The notes below the pieces were generated by a model. The model did no database searches. It saw nothing but the letters and a program-made list of their open reading frames with translations, and was not told where the DNA came from. Positions 13,661 through 28,340 of a DNA stretch of 64,000 nucleotides are shown in pieces. A program made the position numbers and the translations under genes. The first letter of the stretch is position 1. The number at the start of each line of letters is the position of its first letter. Location of the stretch: assembly GCF_964194155.1 (NCBI RefSeq), contig NC_135884.1, forward strand, positions 96,224,001 through 96,288,000, in the 5' to 3' direction. The stretch is from Cetorhinus maximus (Eukaryota).

Positions 13661-15696
13661 ACCCATCTGAATCCCCTCTTCCAGTGACCTCAGGAGCTCC
13701 AGCTTCACAGGCCAAGGAGGGTGCCACCGCCGCACAACATTACCCCATAAGCAGGCTGGGGCCCTCCAAGTCTCGGCCCCCTATAGGACGTCCGGCAAAG
13801 TAATCACAGAAAGGGCATTGTGGTCATGTCTGCTGTGAATGTCCGTGGAGCAACAATACATATAGGCAGGGTTAGGAAAGTTAAGAAGAATTAGTTGCAC
13901 AGCCTGAGCACTGGTGTTAATCACTTGTACATACTGTTCACTATTGTCAATAAACTCCCAAGAATGTCTCCCTGCCTATGGCTCCTTGTTCTGATGAGCA
14001 GTGTTCTTGTCACTCAGATGTGAAACCTTTCTGCACAAGATAAAGGTAGGTGTCTCAGTCCAGGGCCTCTTCCCTGTGCCCTGTGAAGCATTCAGATCAA
14101 AGTGATGGTCTGGCCTCACACTCCCTCGAAACATTACTGATGCCTGAATCTCGGCACTGCTGGTCATTGGTGCCAGAATGTAGTGGGCAGGCGCCACAGA
14201 GTTCTCTCATATTCTCTGTGTGCTCTCAGCACCTTTAAGGTGGGGTTGGCCCCATCTCTGCAGCATCTGTGACCACTGATGCTGTGCTCCTGAAGTGCTG
14301 AGGTGCTGAAGGAGGACAAAGCATCAGTTGCTTCTATACTGTGTGTAACAGTGCCAATAAACCAAGGGTTTCACATGAGCTAAACTGCAGGGAGGGGTAA
14401 CTTTATCCTAGTTCCCAGTGGATACAGGCCCAAAATTTATCATAAGCTGCCAATCTTACTTATATTGCCCTTTATATTAAATCCTGCCATTGATGCTTTA
14501 CATGAGTTCAATGATTCTGCTGTGATGTTGAGAGGTGCCACTGACTACATCAACATGCTGAAACCTCAGCTGGTCAATATTAGTCATGTGTGCCCAAGCT
14601 GAATTTGATTTCCAAAATAAACACATGAGAGGTAATGTTTTGCTTGCCCAAATTGGGAGGTTTTGAGAATTGGTATAAGAATAAAGCAAATGAAATTATC
14701 TTAGAGGAAGGCCTGTAAGGCAGAGAAAGTGCCAAAACTGAAAGATGGAAAATTAACATAACAGAAATAAACTAGTGAAATGTACCACAGGTCTTATTAA
14801 CTGCTAATGTCTTTCAGTGCAGGAGTCAAAAAAAAGTCATGATCTAGAGAATGACAAACAAGCAGTTTTAGTTAATATTGAACAAAGAGACAACTGCCAT
14901 AGGAAAACAATGATGAGACAGCAACAAGCTACAGATATCCCCAAAGGTGAAGCTGAGTAACCCAGAGAAAGTAATAACATCTTTGCATCAAGTATCAAGC
15001 TACTGGACAACCAAAGTTGAAGACTGTGTGCCTCTCTCAGAGGGATAGTCTCAATATTCAAAACTCAGTATTTACTAGCGATGTGTTGAATATAAACTGC
15101 GGTAGCTAGCAGTGACTAACTCAACACCCCTAGAGACACACACGCACACAAAACTAACACACAATTTCTATGTTATGTCTGAATGTTGAGCTATCTATTT
15201 GTGGTCAATTTCTTTGCAGATTTGGCAGCTTTCACTGTGGTTGAATAAGCATACTATATGTGGACTATGTCACATATGAAGATTTTTCATTGCACACAAG
15301 TTGAATAGTATCAATGCATTTAAAGGAAATTTAGACAAGCATATGATATTTGTGATAATTTTGATATTTGTCGTTGTATTTGTCAATATGCAGCCTACAG
15401 GAAACCAGGATTTCCAGTGGAGTGGTCCGCAGAGAAAGGGGTTCGGCTTCCCTGCTCTACAGACATTGGTAATTAAGATTATTACTGCATATCTCACTCC
15501 AATTTGAAAGAGCTACAGCATTTGTGGAACTTTACTACATCTCAGAATTTGAATATATTGTCCGTTGCTCCATGGGGGCTCCCTCTATGATGTGGAAGAA
15601 CAGCTTCCCCTGAATCACAAAATAGACACTAGGACCCAACTCTCGTGTTATTTTCATGCTTAATGTTGAAGCTCTATGAATTGTCCCAACCCATAT

Positions 15697-15965
15697 TAAT
15701 CCTAATTCTGAAACAATCGCACCATCAAATCATTCACTCCGCCATTCCCCACACTGTTCATGCACCACAAAGCACCTCTCCCACCAAACTGCACCAGATG
15801 GCTATAAGGTTTTAAGCATCATTTTATGCAATTTGGTTCTTATTCATTCCCAGCATATCAATTCTCATTAGAAATATCATTATTTAATAAAGAGAATGGC
15901 TCTTATCATAGCAATTGAAATAGTTTATTTTCTGATACAAAAGTGATCATTTCAAAATCAATTCA
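15697..15965 (-). pseudogene. Orphan paralogue of the metallothionein 3' UTR/flank (no exons left)
   Basis: Colinear similarity to 17118-17404 (AATCCTAAT.CTGAA, ATCAAATCATTCACTCC, TCATTAGAAAT, AAGAGAATG.CTCTTATCA, TTTATT, TGATCATTTCA). No Cys-rich exon follows. Confidence 0.6.
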
Positions 15966-16539
15966 TACTGTATGGACTGTTCCGAGGGTGCACACTGAGA
16001 CGCACATCAACAACTGCTGGAGAACCATCAACTCAATGAAAGATGCTCTAGGGTCTGCCAAAAGTCATCGGTCTTCCAGTCCGCAGAGCTGTTTACAATC
16101 GAGTGTTGCAGACTAGCATATTTCAATGTCCAGAATGATATGCAGAAGGATGCACTAAAGCTTGGAGCAGCTGCCGCAAAGGCTCAATGGGGAAAGGTCA
16201 CAGCCTCTTGCCATAATACACTGAGGGTCTGGAACTCAGGGAAAAACACCTCGAACTGTGAGCACCAGAGAATATTTGGCATGAAATGTAAATTTATCTC
16301 GTAAATGTAACATGCAGTTGTGAGTATAGTGTGGCACCACAACATTACACGTATTGTATTGAAAGAAATTGAGTTGTATTGCACTTTATGTATTGTCAAA
16401 TTTGAACTGTTATGTAATGTACTTCTACAAGATTTATGAATTAAATGTATTTTTTGAAAAAAATTGGTTGGGTTATGTGAATTATTTGCTGTAATACATT
16501 CAGGAGTTTGAATTTATGTTCCGTTTGCATTTATTGTAG

Positions 16540-16975
16540 TTCGGTTGGTAGCCCGCTAGTCTCTGAGTCACAAGATTCTGTGTTCAAGACTCACTCCAGG
16601 GCTTGAGTACAAAAGTCAAGGCTGACACTCGAGTGCAATACTGAGGGAAGACTGCACTGTCAGAGGAGATGTCTTTTGGATGAGCTGTTCAACCAAGGCC
16701 TCATATGCCTACTTGGGAGGATATAAAAGATCACTATTTCAATGAAGAGCAGGGGAATTATCCTTTGTGGCCTGGACAATATTTATCCCTCAATCAAAAC
16801 CACAAAACAGATTATTTGGTAATGATCACATTGCTGTTTGTGGGACCTTGTTATGCACAAATTAGCTGAGCATTTCATACATTACAACAAAAGTACTTCA
16901 TTAGGTATAAAGTGCTTTGAAAGATCCAGCAATCATGAAAAGCCCTGTATAATTGCAAGTCTTTACTTTCCTTTT
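16540..16975 (+). mobile_element. tRNA-derived SINE (DeuSINE/SacSINE1-like)
   Basis: tRNA-like head (GTTCGGTTGGTAGC...GTTCAAGACTC) and the same body as 5660-6145. Confidence 0.75.
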
Positions 16976-17527
16976 TTATTGTCCCGTCCTGTGGGGATAT
17001 GTCTTAATGTGACATGGCAGCACCCAAGTCAAAACATAGGAAGAATGGCACTATTCCCCCAACTCCCATCATTGGCAGGCTTAATACTGAAACTGGAAGT
17101 ACCAAACTGGCCAACATGAATCCTAATACTGAAGCAATTACACAATCAAATCATTCACTCCACCGTTCACCACACTGATCCATCACAACATGGTTTATGT
17201 TCTACCACCGCACTGCACACAATGGCAATATGGCCATTAAGGTTAAGGTATCATTTTCTGCAATGTGGTCTAATTCATTCTGTACATGCAGTACTGTCAT
17301 TAGAAATGTCATTTGATAAGGAAGAGAATGACTCTTATCACAGGAATTGGAACAGTTTTCTTTATTTACACATAGGAAAATGATCATTTCACAGAAAATT
17401 CATTAACTTTCATTAGTTCATATCCGTACAAACAACTCATCACGAAATAGACACTGAGGACATGCAGCTTGTGGAATACAATATATATGGACAATATTTC
17501 ATCTATTGTGCCTGAAGGGCCTGTTGT

Positions 17528-18382
<855 letters not shown>

Positions 18383-18464
18383 TTCAGGAACTTCTTCTTT
18401 AGTTTCGAGCAGTCACCCAATCAGCACTTCTCGATCTTGTGCCGTTTGCTGAATCGGAGCCGAG

Positions 18465-18590
18465 TTTTATGGGCTTGTGATCGGTGGGGAACCGGCTGCA
18501 GAAGCGGGGAAGGGGCGGGTCTGTCCGGGCTGAATGCACACGGGGCACCGAAGTGATTCAGTGGCTGAAAGTTTGAATTGCACCCGGCTC
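18465..18590 (-). promoter_or_regulatory. MT copy 1 proximal promoter: 2 MREs, GC box, CATAAAA TATA-like box
   Basis: TGCACAC 18535-18541 and TGCACCC(GGCTC) 18579-18585 match the MTF-1 core TGCRCNC. GGGGCGGG 18512-18519. CATAAAA on minus at 18471-18465. Confidence 0.85.
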
Positions 18591-19793
18591 CTTCACTCAC
18601 AACGCGGCCCAAAAAGATTTCTCAGTGACACCAATTTCAATCGGGTCCTTTGTGTTTGTAATTATTTCCAGAGTGACTAAAATCACACTTCAGTCTACAA
18701 GGTGGACATAGGGTCCTCTCCATTCCCCCAGGTCCACCCTGATCTCAACAATGGGTATGACAGACAATTGGTTTCACCACACACCGCCACATCTGGCTGC
18801 TCCAGATTACACATTATCCGCCTCTCCCCCGCTCCCTCAACACTGCTCACCATCCCAGAATCACCCTGGAATACAAGAATAACCCTTGGTGTCTTTTTTC
18901 TCCCACTAACCTTCATCTTGGAGAACACCCCAAGATATTTTCTTTCTTATTCGTTCAAGAGATGTTGGCACCACTGACAATGCCAACGTTTGTTGCCCAT
19001 CTCTAATTGCCCTTGAGAAGGTGGTGCTGAGCTGCCTTCTTGAACATGTGCAGTCCATGTGGTGTAGGAACACCCACAGTGCTGTTAGGGAGGGAGTTCC
19101 AGGATTTGCCCAGTGGAACCAAACCTGAACATCAGTGAGCAGCTGATTGGTGAATAAGTGACCCATGATAGCACTGCCCATGTCACCTCCCATCACTTTG
19201 TTCATAATGAAGAGCAGGCTGCTGGCACAGTACTTCGCAGGATTGGATTTTTCCTGCTTTTAGCGTTTTGGCCATCCCTGGACAGTTTTCTACATTGCCA
19301 GCTCGATTCCATTATTGTAGCTGTACTGTAACAGAGCATTCCTTAAATGGTGATAGGTTGGGAAATTTGGTGTCCAAAGAAATCTGGGTGTCCTTGTTCA
19401 TGAGCTACTAAAAGGTGCAGCAAATAGGAAGGCAAATGGTATGTTGGCCTTCATTGCAAGGGGATTTGTGTACAGGAGGAAAGATGTCTTGCTGCAATTG
19501 TGCAGGGCCTTGGTGAAACCTCACCTGGAGTATTGTGTACATCTTTTGGTTTTGGTCCCCTTATCTAATGAAGTTTATACTTGCCTTAGAGAAAGTGCAA
19601 TGGAGGGTCTCCAGACTGATCCCTGGGATGGCAGGATTGTGTTATGTGGAGAGATTGAGGAAACTGTGCCTGTACTCTCCAGAGTTTTAATCTCATTAAT
19701 CTCCAGACAGGTGATCTCATTAAAACTTAAAAAATTCTTACCAGGTGTAACAGGGACGATGTGGATAGGATGTTTCCCATGGCTGGTGAATCT

Positions 19794-21583
19794 ACAAGGA
19801 ATGTTCCACATACCCCATAAAGAGAAAGGCATAGCTGGGGCCCATGCGGGTACCCATAGCAACACATTTACTTTGGAGGAAGTGAGAGGAGTTTAAGGAG
19901 AAATTGTTCAATTGTTCAGTGTAATATTCCTTGTTCCAGTCCTACTCCGGCCCCCTCCCACAACACATTCTCCGGTACATTGATGATTAATTCGGTGCTG
20001 CTTCATGTTCTCGTCTCGACCTGGAAACATTTATTAATTTTACTTCCAATTTCCACCCCTCCATCATTTCCACATGGTCCACCTCTGACACTTCCCTTCC
20101 CTTCCTTGACCTCTTTGTCTCAATTTCTGGTGATAGACTGTCCACCAATATCCATTACAAGCCTACCAACTCCCACAGCTACCTCGACTACAGCTCCTCA
20201 CACCCCGCTTCCTGTAAGGACTCCATCCCATTCTCTCAGTTCCTTCGCCTCCATCGCATCTGTTCTGATGATGCCACTTTCAAAAACAGTTCCTCTGAAA
20301 TGTCCTCCTTCTTCCTTAACCGTGGTTTTCCACCCACGGTGGTTGACAGGGCCCTCAACCATGTCTGGCCCATCAGCCGCGCATCCGCCCTCACACCTTC
20401 CTCTCCCTCCCAGAAACATGATAGGGTCCCCCTTGTCCTCACTTATCACCCCACCAGCCTCCGCATTCAAAGGATCATCCTCCGTCATTTCCGCCAACTT
20501 CAGCATGATGCCACCTCCATACACATCTTCCCTTCACCCCCCCCCCCCACCCCCCGGCGGCATTCCATAGGGATCGTTCCCTCCATGACACCCTGGTCCA
20601 CTCCTCCATCACCCCCTACACCTCCACTCCCTCCCACGGCACCTTCCCATGCAACCGCAGAAGATGCAACACCTGCCCCTTCACTTTCCCTCTCCTCACC
20701 GTCCAAGGGCCCAAACACTCATTTCAAGTGAAACAGCATTTCACTTGCACTTCCCTCAACTTAGTCTACTGCATTCGTTGCTCCCAAAGTGGTTTCCTCT
20801 ACATTGGAGAGACCAAACGCAGACTGGGTGACCGCTTTGCAGAACACCTTTGGTCTGTCTGCAAGCATTACCCAGACCTCTGTGTCGCTTGCAATTTCAA
20901 CACTCCACCCTGCTCTCATGCCCACATGTCCATCCTTGGCTTGCTGCATTGTTCCAGTGAAGCTCAATGCAAACTGGAGGGACAGCACCTCATCTTCCGA
21001 CTAGGCACTTTACAGCCTTCCGGACTAAATATTGAGTTCAACAATTTCAGATCATGAACTCTCTCCTCCATCCCCACCCCCTTTCCGATTTTCCCCCTCC
21101 TTTTTGTTTTTTCCAATAATTTATATAGATTTTTCTTTTCCCACCTATTTCCATTATTTTTAAATGTATTTCTATCCATTGTTTTATCTCTACCTTTTAG
21201 CCTATTTGGAAACCTTCACCCCACCCCACCCCCACTAGGGCTATCTGTACCTTGCTTGTCCTGCTTTCTACCCTTAATTAGCACATTCCTTTAGATAATA
21301 TCACCACCTTCAACACCTCTTTGCCCTTTTGTCTGTGACATCTTTTGGTTATCTCCACCTGTCACTGGCCCTCTATCCAGCTCTTCTTGTCCCACCACCA
21401 CCCCCTCTTAAACCAGCTTATATTTCAACCCTTTTTTATTTTTCCTTAGTTCGTTTGAAGAGTCATGCGGACTCGTAATGTTAACTGTGCTCCTTTCCAC
21501 AGATGCTGCCAGACCTGCTGAGTTTTTCCAGGTATTTTTGTGTTTTTTTTTGGAGTTCTAGCATCCGCAGTTTTTTTGCTTTT
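19794..21583 (+). mobile_element. Penelope-like element A (5'-truncated, with an inverted 5' segment 19794-19921)
   Basis: Frameshifted RT C-terminus and GIY-YIG endonuclease (LVYCIRCSQSGFLYIGET, ORF 20728-21057). The first ~125 bp is the reverse complement of RT sequence seen at 29360-29480. Confidence 0.88.
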
Positions 21584-22181
21584 ATCAATGTAAACTCTGT
21601 TAGACATCAAAACAGGTGAGAAATTCTATGGGACACAGGATCTGGCAGAAAAGGAGAAAGCAGCAAATATCCAGAGTGAAAACAGGGAACCAAACTCCAA
21701 ACAGAGAGTGCAGTCCTGGACTCGCCCAAACGGTGGGGGTGAAACGTGTTGCAGACGCTCAGACACACGCTGACTCCTCAGCAAATGTTGGGAAATTGCT
21801 GTCGTTGAGAAATCTTTTTGGGCCGTGTTGTGAGTGAAGCGGGGAAGGGGCGGGTCGGTCCGGGCCGAATGCACACGGGGCACCGAAGTGATACGGCGGC
21901 TGAAAGTTTGAATTGCACCCGGCTCCTTCACTCACAACACGACCCAAAAAGATTTCTCAATGACAGCAATTTCCCAACATTTCCTGTGGAGTCAGCGTGT
22001 GTTTGAGCGTCTGCAACACGTCCCACCCCCACAGTGTGGGGTGGTCCAGGATGCACTCTCTGTTTGAAGGTTGATTTGTTGTTTTCACTCTGGATATATG
22101 CTGGTTTCTCATTGCTCTGCCAGATCCTGTGTCCCAGAGAGTTTCTCACCTGTTTTGATGTCTAACAGAGTTTATATTGAT
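21584..22181. repeat. Inverted repeat (arms 21584-21839 and 21926-22181) enclosing an orphan MT promoter fragment, unit A
   Basis: The arms are imperfect reverse complements. The 86-bp loop holds GGGGCGGG, TGCACAC (21870) and TGCACCC (21914) as in the MT promoters, but no TATA box or exon. Confidence 0.9.
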
Positions 22182-22344
22182 GCTGTGCTTTCAATGGGCA
22201 GCACGTTTCAAAGCCCCAGTGTTTGGAGAGATGAGAATTGATCAGTTTTGTCTGATCAGTGTCAGGAACCAGGAGTACAGGTGACATTTGGACCGTGTGC
22301 ACCGGCCTGTCGGTTTAAGGGCTGAATTTCTGCACACGACCACA

Positions 22345-24960
22345 ACAACTTGTGTAATAACAATTTATATAGCGCTTTTAGTATCATAAAAATTTCCGAA
22401 GACACTTCACCGGAAATTTATAAGGCAACAATTGTGAAAACTAGGGTGTGATTTTTAAATGATGTGAGTTGAGGGCGAGGGCAGGGGTATAAGTGAGATG
22501 TATTTTAGCCTGGGGGGCTGGTGGAACGGGTTGAAGCTGCAGAGGCATCTGATGAGATAAGTCAGAGAGTGCGATGGAGGCCTTTCGGCCCACTCATTCT
22601 GAGACAAAGAAGTCAGTGAGCTCCTGGCACTGATTGTTGGAGGTGAGGGTGGAGTCGGCAAGGTGGAGGGGTTTAGAAATATGGTTTGTGGTACAGAACA
22701 GGTGTTAGGGGTTAACTTTACATTCCGGGGTGATCCTGGATTAGTGAACAATTTTAACAGACTCATTATTGTGTAATTTCCTGCAGTAATATCAGGAGGT
22801 GGATGGGTAAACCAATTACCCACCTGTCCATTCAGCTCCCTGTGCCTTCAGCTTAAAGGAACAGAGGTGAGGTCCTTACCGGGTGGAATAGCTAAATTGA
22901 GAGAGAGTCATGGATTTATTGGGACTGGGGCATCAATGGTGCAGGTGAGAGTGCAGGTGAGCAAATCAGCCCCTGAAGCATTATCATGGCGAGTGGAGGG
23001 CCAAAGGCTGGAGAGTTGGAATTTTGAAATTTCAGCCTTAAATAAATTGTTGGATATATTTTTTCAGAGGCAGATACAGCAGAAAGTAAAGGCGGTGAAC
23101 AGCGAAGGGGGACGTGGGTGGTGAGTGGGCCCAACAAGTGATCAGATATGGCCTTGGATAGATGCGGTGGACGTAGTGAGTCCCTGTGAGATGGTGAGGT
23201 CAAGGTGGTGTCTGTGAACATGGATTGAGGATTTGACATGGAGGGAGAGATTATGGGAGGATCAGAGGTCAGTGAACTGAGAGGAGAGAACATGATGAAT
23301 CAAGATGGAGGTTGAAATCACTGCAGACCCTCGGTGAAGTGGCTGAGAGAGAAAATTAGTGAATTCTATGGACAGAGTAAAGCAATATCATAAATAAAGG
23401 GTTAGATTCAATTTCTGCAGTCCTGCCACATCCAGTCATTACTGGTCTGGGGCTATATAACAGCTAACAGGAGCATGTGGCTGCATAAATGACCCCATGC
23501 TCAAAGATTGGGGAGCCCAGCACATGACTGCAAAAGACAAGGCTGAACCATGTTCAACCATCTTCAACCAGAGGTACTGAGTGGATAATATATCTCAGCT
23601 TCCTCCTGCAGTCCCCAGTATCACAGAAGCCAATTTGATTTGGTCCATGTGGTATGACAAAATGGTTAAAGACACTGAATACAGTAAAGTCTATGACATC
23701 CCAGCAGCAGCACTAAGACTTGTGCTCCACATCCAATCACAACCCTAGCCATGCTGTTACACAGGATCACAGGGAATAGGAACATGGGAAATCGGAGCAG
23801 GAGTTGGCTATTCAACCCATTGAGCTTGCAATGACATTCAAACAGATCCTGGCTGATCATCTACCTCAACGTCATTTTCCCCACTATCTCCATCTCCCCT
23901 GATGTCATTAGTCTCCAGAAATATATTGATTTCTGTCTTGAACATGCTCAATGACTGAGCTTCCACAACCCCCTGGGGTAGAGAATTCCAAAGATTCCCC
24001 ACCCTCTGAGTTATGAAATACCTTCTCGTCTCAGTGTTAAATGGCCTGTCCCTTATTCTGAGACAGTGTCCCCTGGATCTAGATTCACCAGCCAGGGTAA
24101 ACATCCTGTCCACATCGTCCCTGTTACACCTGGTAAGAATTTTGTAAGTTTTAATGAGATCACTTCTCATTCTTCAAAACTCTAAAGAATACAGGCCCAG
24201 TTTCCTCAATCTCTCCACATAACACAATCCTGCCATCCCAGGGATCAGTCTGGTGAACCTCCATTGCATTCTCTCTAAGGCAAGTATATCCTTCCATAGA
24301 TAAGGAGACCAAAACTGGGCACAATACTCCAGGTGAGGTCTCACCAAGGCCCGGTACAATTGCAGCAAGACATCTTTACTCCTCTACACAAATCCCCTTG
24401 AGATGAAGGCCAACATACCATTTGCCTTCCTAATTATTTGCTGCACCTGCATGCCAGCTTTTAGAAACTCATGCACAAGGACACCCAGGTTTATTTGGAC
24501 ACCAAACTTCCCAACCTCTCACCATATAAGGAATGCTCAATTACAGTACAGCTACAATACTGGCATCGAGCTGGTCATATAGATAACTTTCCAAGAATGG
24601 CCAATACGCTAAAAGCAGGAAAAATCCCATCCTGCCAAGCACTGTGCCAGCAGCCTGCTCTTCATTATGAACAAAGTGATGGGAGGTGACATGGGCAGTG
24701 CTATCATGGGTCCTTATTCACCAATCAGCTGCTCACTGATGTTCAGGTTGGGTTTCACAGGGCAAATCCTGGAACTCCCTCCCTAACAGCACTGTGGGTG
24801 TTCCTACACCATACTGACTGCACATGTTCAAGAAGGCAGTTCACCACCACCTTCTCAAGGGCAATTAGAGATGGGCAACAAATGTTGGTATTGTCAGCGG
24901 TGCCCACATCTCTTGGACGAATAAGAAATGAAATATCTTGGTGTGTTGTCTAAGATGAAT
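22345..24960. mobile_element. Decayed LINE fragments (L2/CR1 types) forming the inter-promoter spacer, repeated in every unit
   Basis: Minus-strand CR1 ORFs 23838-24368 (LYRALVRPHLEYCAQFWSP) plus older fragments. The same block is at 31880-34500 and 41350-43970, and inverted at 56390-58950. Confidence 0.7.
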
Positions 24961-25284
24961 TTTATTGGGAGAAAAAATACACTAAGGCTTATCCTTGTAT
25001 TCAGGATGATATTGGGATGGTGAGCAGTGTTGAGGGAGCAGGGGACAGGCGGATGATGTGTAATCTGGAGCAGCCAGATGTGGCGGTGAGTGGTGAAACC
25101 AATTGTCTGTCATACCCATTGCTGAGATCAGGGTGGATCCGGGTGAATGGAGAGGACCCTATGTCCACCTTGTAGACTGAAGTCTGATTTTAGTCAATTT
25201 GGAAATATTTACAAAAACAGAGGACCCGATTGAAATTGGTGTCACTGAGAAATCTTTTTGGGCCGTGTTGTGAGTGAAGGAGAC

Positions 25285-25405
25285 GGGTGCAATTCAAACT
25301 TTCAGGTGCTGAAACACATCGGTGCCCCGTGTGCATTCAGCCCGGACAGACCCGCCCCTTCCCCGCTTCTGCAGCCGGTTCCCCAACGATCACAAGCCCA
25401 TAAAA
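25285..25405 (+). promoter_or_regulatory. MT copy 2 proximal promoter
   Basis: Antisense MRE cores GGGTGCA 25285-25291 and GTGTGCA 25329-25335. GC box 25351-25358. CATAAAA 25399-25405. Confidence 0.85.
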
Positions 25406-25487
25406 CTCGGCTCCGATTCAGCAAACGGCACAAGATTGAAAAGCGCTGATTGGGTGACGGCTCGAAACTGCAGAAGAAGTTCCTGAA

Positions 25488-26343
<856 letters not shown>

Positions 26344-27479
26344 ACAACAGGCCCTTCAGGGACAATAGATGAAATATTGTCCATATGTATTGTATTCCAC
26401 AAGCTGCATGTCCTCGGTGTCTATATCCTGATGAATTGTGTGTTTACATAAAGTAATGAAAAGTGTCTGAATATTGTTGAAATTCTGATTTTTGGATCAA
26501 GAGTTAAATAAATTTTCAGTATTTGAATTCCAGTCATAAGTCTTATTCTGTTACTTAAAGGTGTGATATTACTAATAACAGCACAAGATCTAGGAAATGA
26601 GTTGAGTCTAACTTTGCCATTAAGACCCATGGCATAACATAAGTCACATTAGCATCTGTCACAGTCTGGCCAATGAGGTTAAACAATGTGATGAAGGACC
26701 AGTGTCAGAAATGGTGGAGTGAATGAATGAATGGCAGTTCTGCTGACCCTCTTATCCATGAGTGTGGTAGCATGCTACTGTCAAATATACCAGAAATTGG
26801 TTGTAAGCCAGTCACATCTGCCTGTTAACTGTGCATCCTAAAGTTAATTTTAAAATATTCTTTGGAAGTTTTGGCAGAAATGCAGACTCCTTCAGAGATT
26901 TGTGAACTTGCTTCCCCAGGTCTTGCTGTTTCTGCACTCCCTCGAAAGTTGTATCATTTATTTCACATTGTATCTCCACATTCTTTGTTTAAAGTCTATC
27001 AAATCACATTTCCGTGCCTTAAATTTCATCTGTCAGATATCTGATCATTTTACCACTCTGTTTCCTTGAGCCTGTAATTATCCTCCTCATTGTTGACTAC
27101 TACACCCCCTCTAGACCCTTTAAGGTTTCTAACTTGAGGAAGGCCAAACCTTTCATTCTTGTTATCCAATTTTCTCCTATCCAATCTTAACTTCTCTGTT
27201 ACTGCTTCATTGAGAACATCATTCTCTACAGAGAACAAGGTGGCAAAAATACACCTCGTACCTTAACCATGTCCTCTGCCTCTAGACAAAGGTTAGCTTT
27301 TCAGTTCCTAATCAGCCCCACATTCTGCATTGACTACTCTTTCATCACTGATGTGTTTAATGGGGAAAATCCACATTCTGGGGAACTGCCATCATAATGC
27401 ACCCAAGGGCTGAAAGATATGGAAAAATCTCCCAGATGTGTGCACCGGAATATTTCCGACATGAAACGTAAATGTATCT

Positions 27480-28340
27480 TTTATCTGGGAGGGAGAAAGG
27501 GACACTTCGTACCTGGAAGCAGTCACACCCTTAGACTAGGGTCTTCTGATTTGGTCAGTGGCAGGGAGAGGAGGGTGTGACTGCGAATGAGGCAGCTATA
27601 GGGACCCAGAAGGTAAAAGTGGTGGAGATTCACCTTTGCAATTGTCCAACAGGTTCGATGTTCTTGCAGCCTGTATGGATGAAAGTGGTGGCTGCAGTGT
27701 GGATGAGCAAACTGACCATGGCACCATGGTCCAGGAAGACATTCATGCAGGGGGAGTTAATGGGAATGTAGTGGTAATTGGAGATAGTATAGTCAGGGGT
27801 TTGACACAGTTCTCCCCAGCCCAGACTCGGAGTTCATGCAGCTGTGTTGCCTGCCTGGTGTCAGGGTTTGGGCCACTGCTCTGGGCTGGGAAGGAACTAG
27901 CAGTTAGAGGGGTAGGTTGCAGTGGTCATGGTTTCTGCTGAGGGAGTATTGAGCAGCTAGGAGCTAAATTAAAAAGCAGAACCTGAAAGGTACTAATCTC
28001 TGTATTACTACCTAAGCCACGAGCAAATTGACATAGGTCAAATCAGATTAGGGAGTGAAAAGCATGGCTGAAAGTTTGAGAAAAGGGTTTTGATTCATGT
28101 GGCACTGGCACCAGTACTGCAGAAGGTGGGAGCTGTACCATTGGAATAGTTTTCACCTGAACCATGCTGGGACAAGTGTTCTGGTGAGTCGTATAACTAG
28201 GGCAGTGGAGAGGGCTTTAAACGAAGTAGTGGGGGCAAGGAATCAAATTTGGGAAGATGTGATAATATAAGTGATATGTGATAATATGTGATATGATAAA
28301 TGCACGTGGCATTTGTAATGAAAGAGATGAAGAAATATTA
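27480..28340 (+). mobile_element. Decayed CR1 ORF1 (SGNH esterase-like) fragment; copies at ~37010 and ~46460
   Basis: ORF 27636-27941 has LSNRFDVL and VVVIGDSIVRG (GDS motif), typical of CR1 ORF1. Frameshifted downstream. Confidence 0.7.

Noticed and set aside
8300-15600. Additional host-gene exons between usb1 and the MT cluster
   Set aside because: No ORF with a recognisable protein signature or convincing splice pattern was found. The region looks like old repeats and unique non-coding DNA, though small exons cannot be excluded by eye.
21584-22181. MITE/DNA transposon with long terminal inverted repeats
   Set aside because: Arm and loop are ordinary MT upstream sequence, found single and uninverted at 59111-59430. 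No TSD flanks the hairpin.
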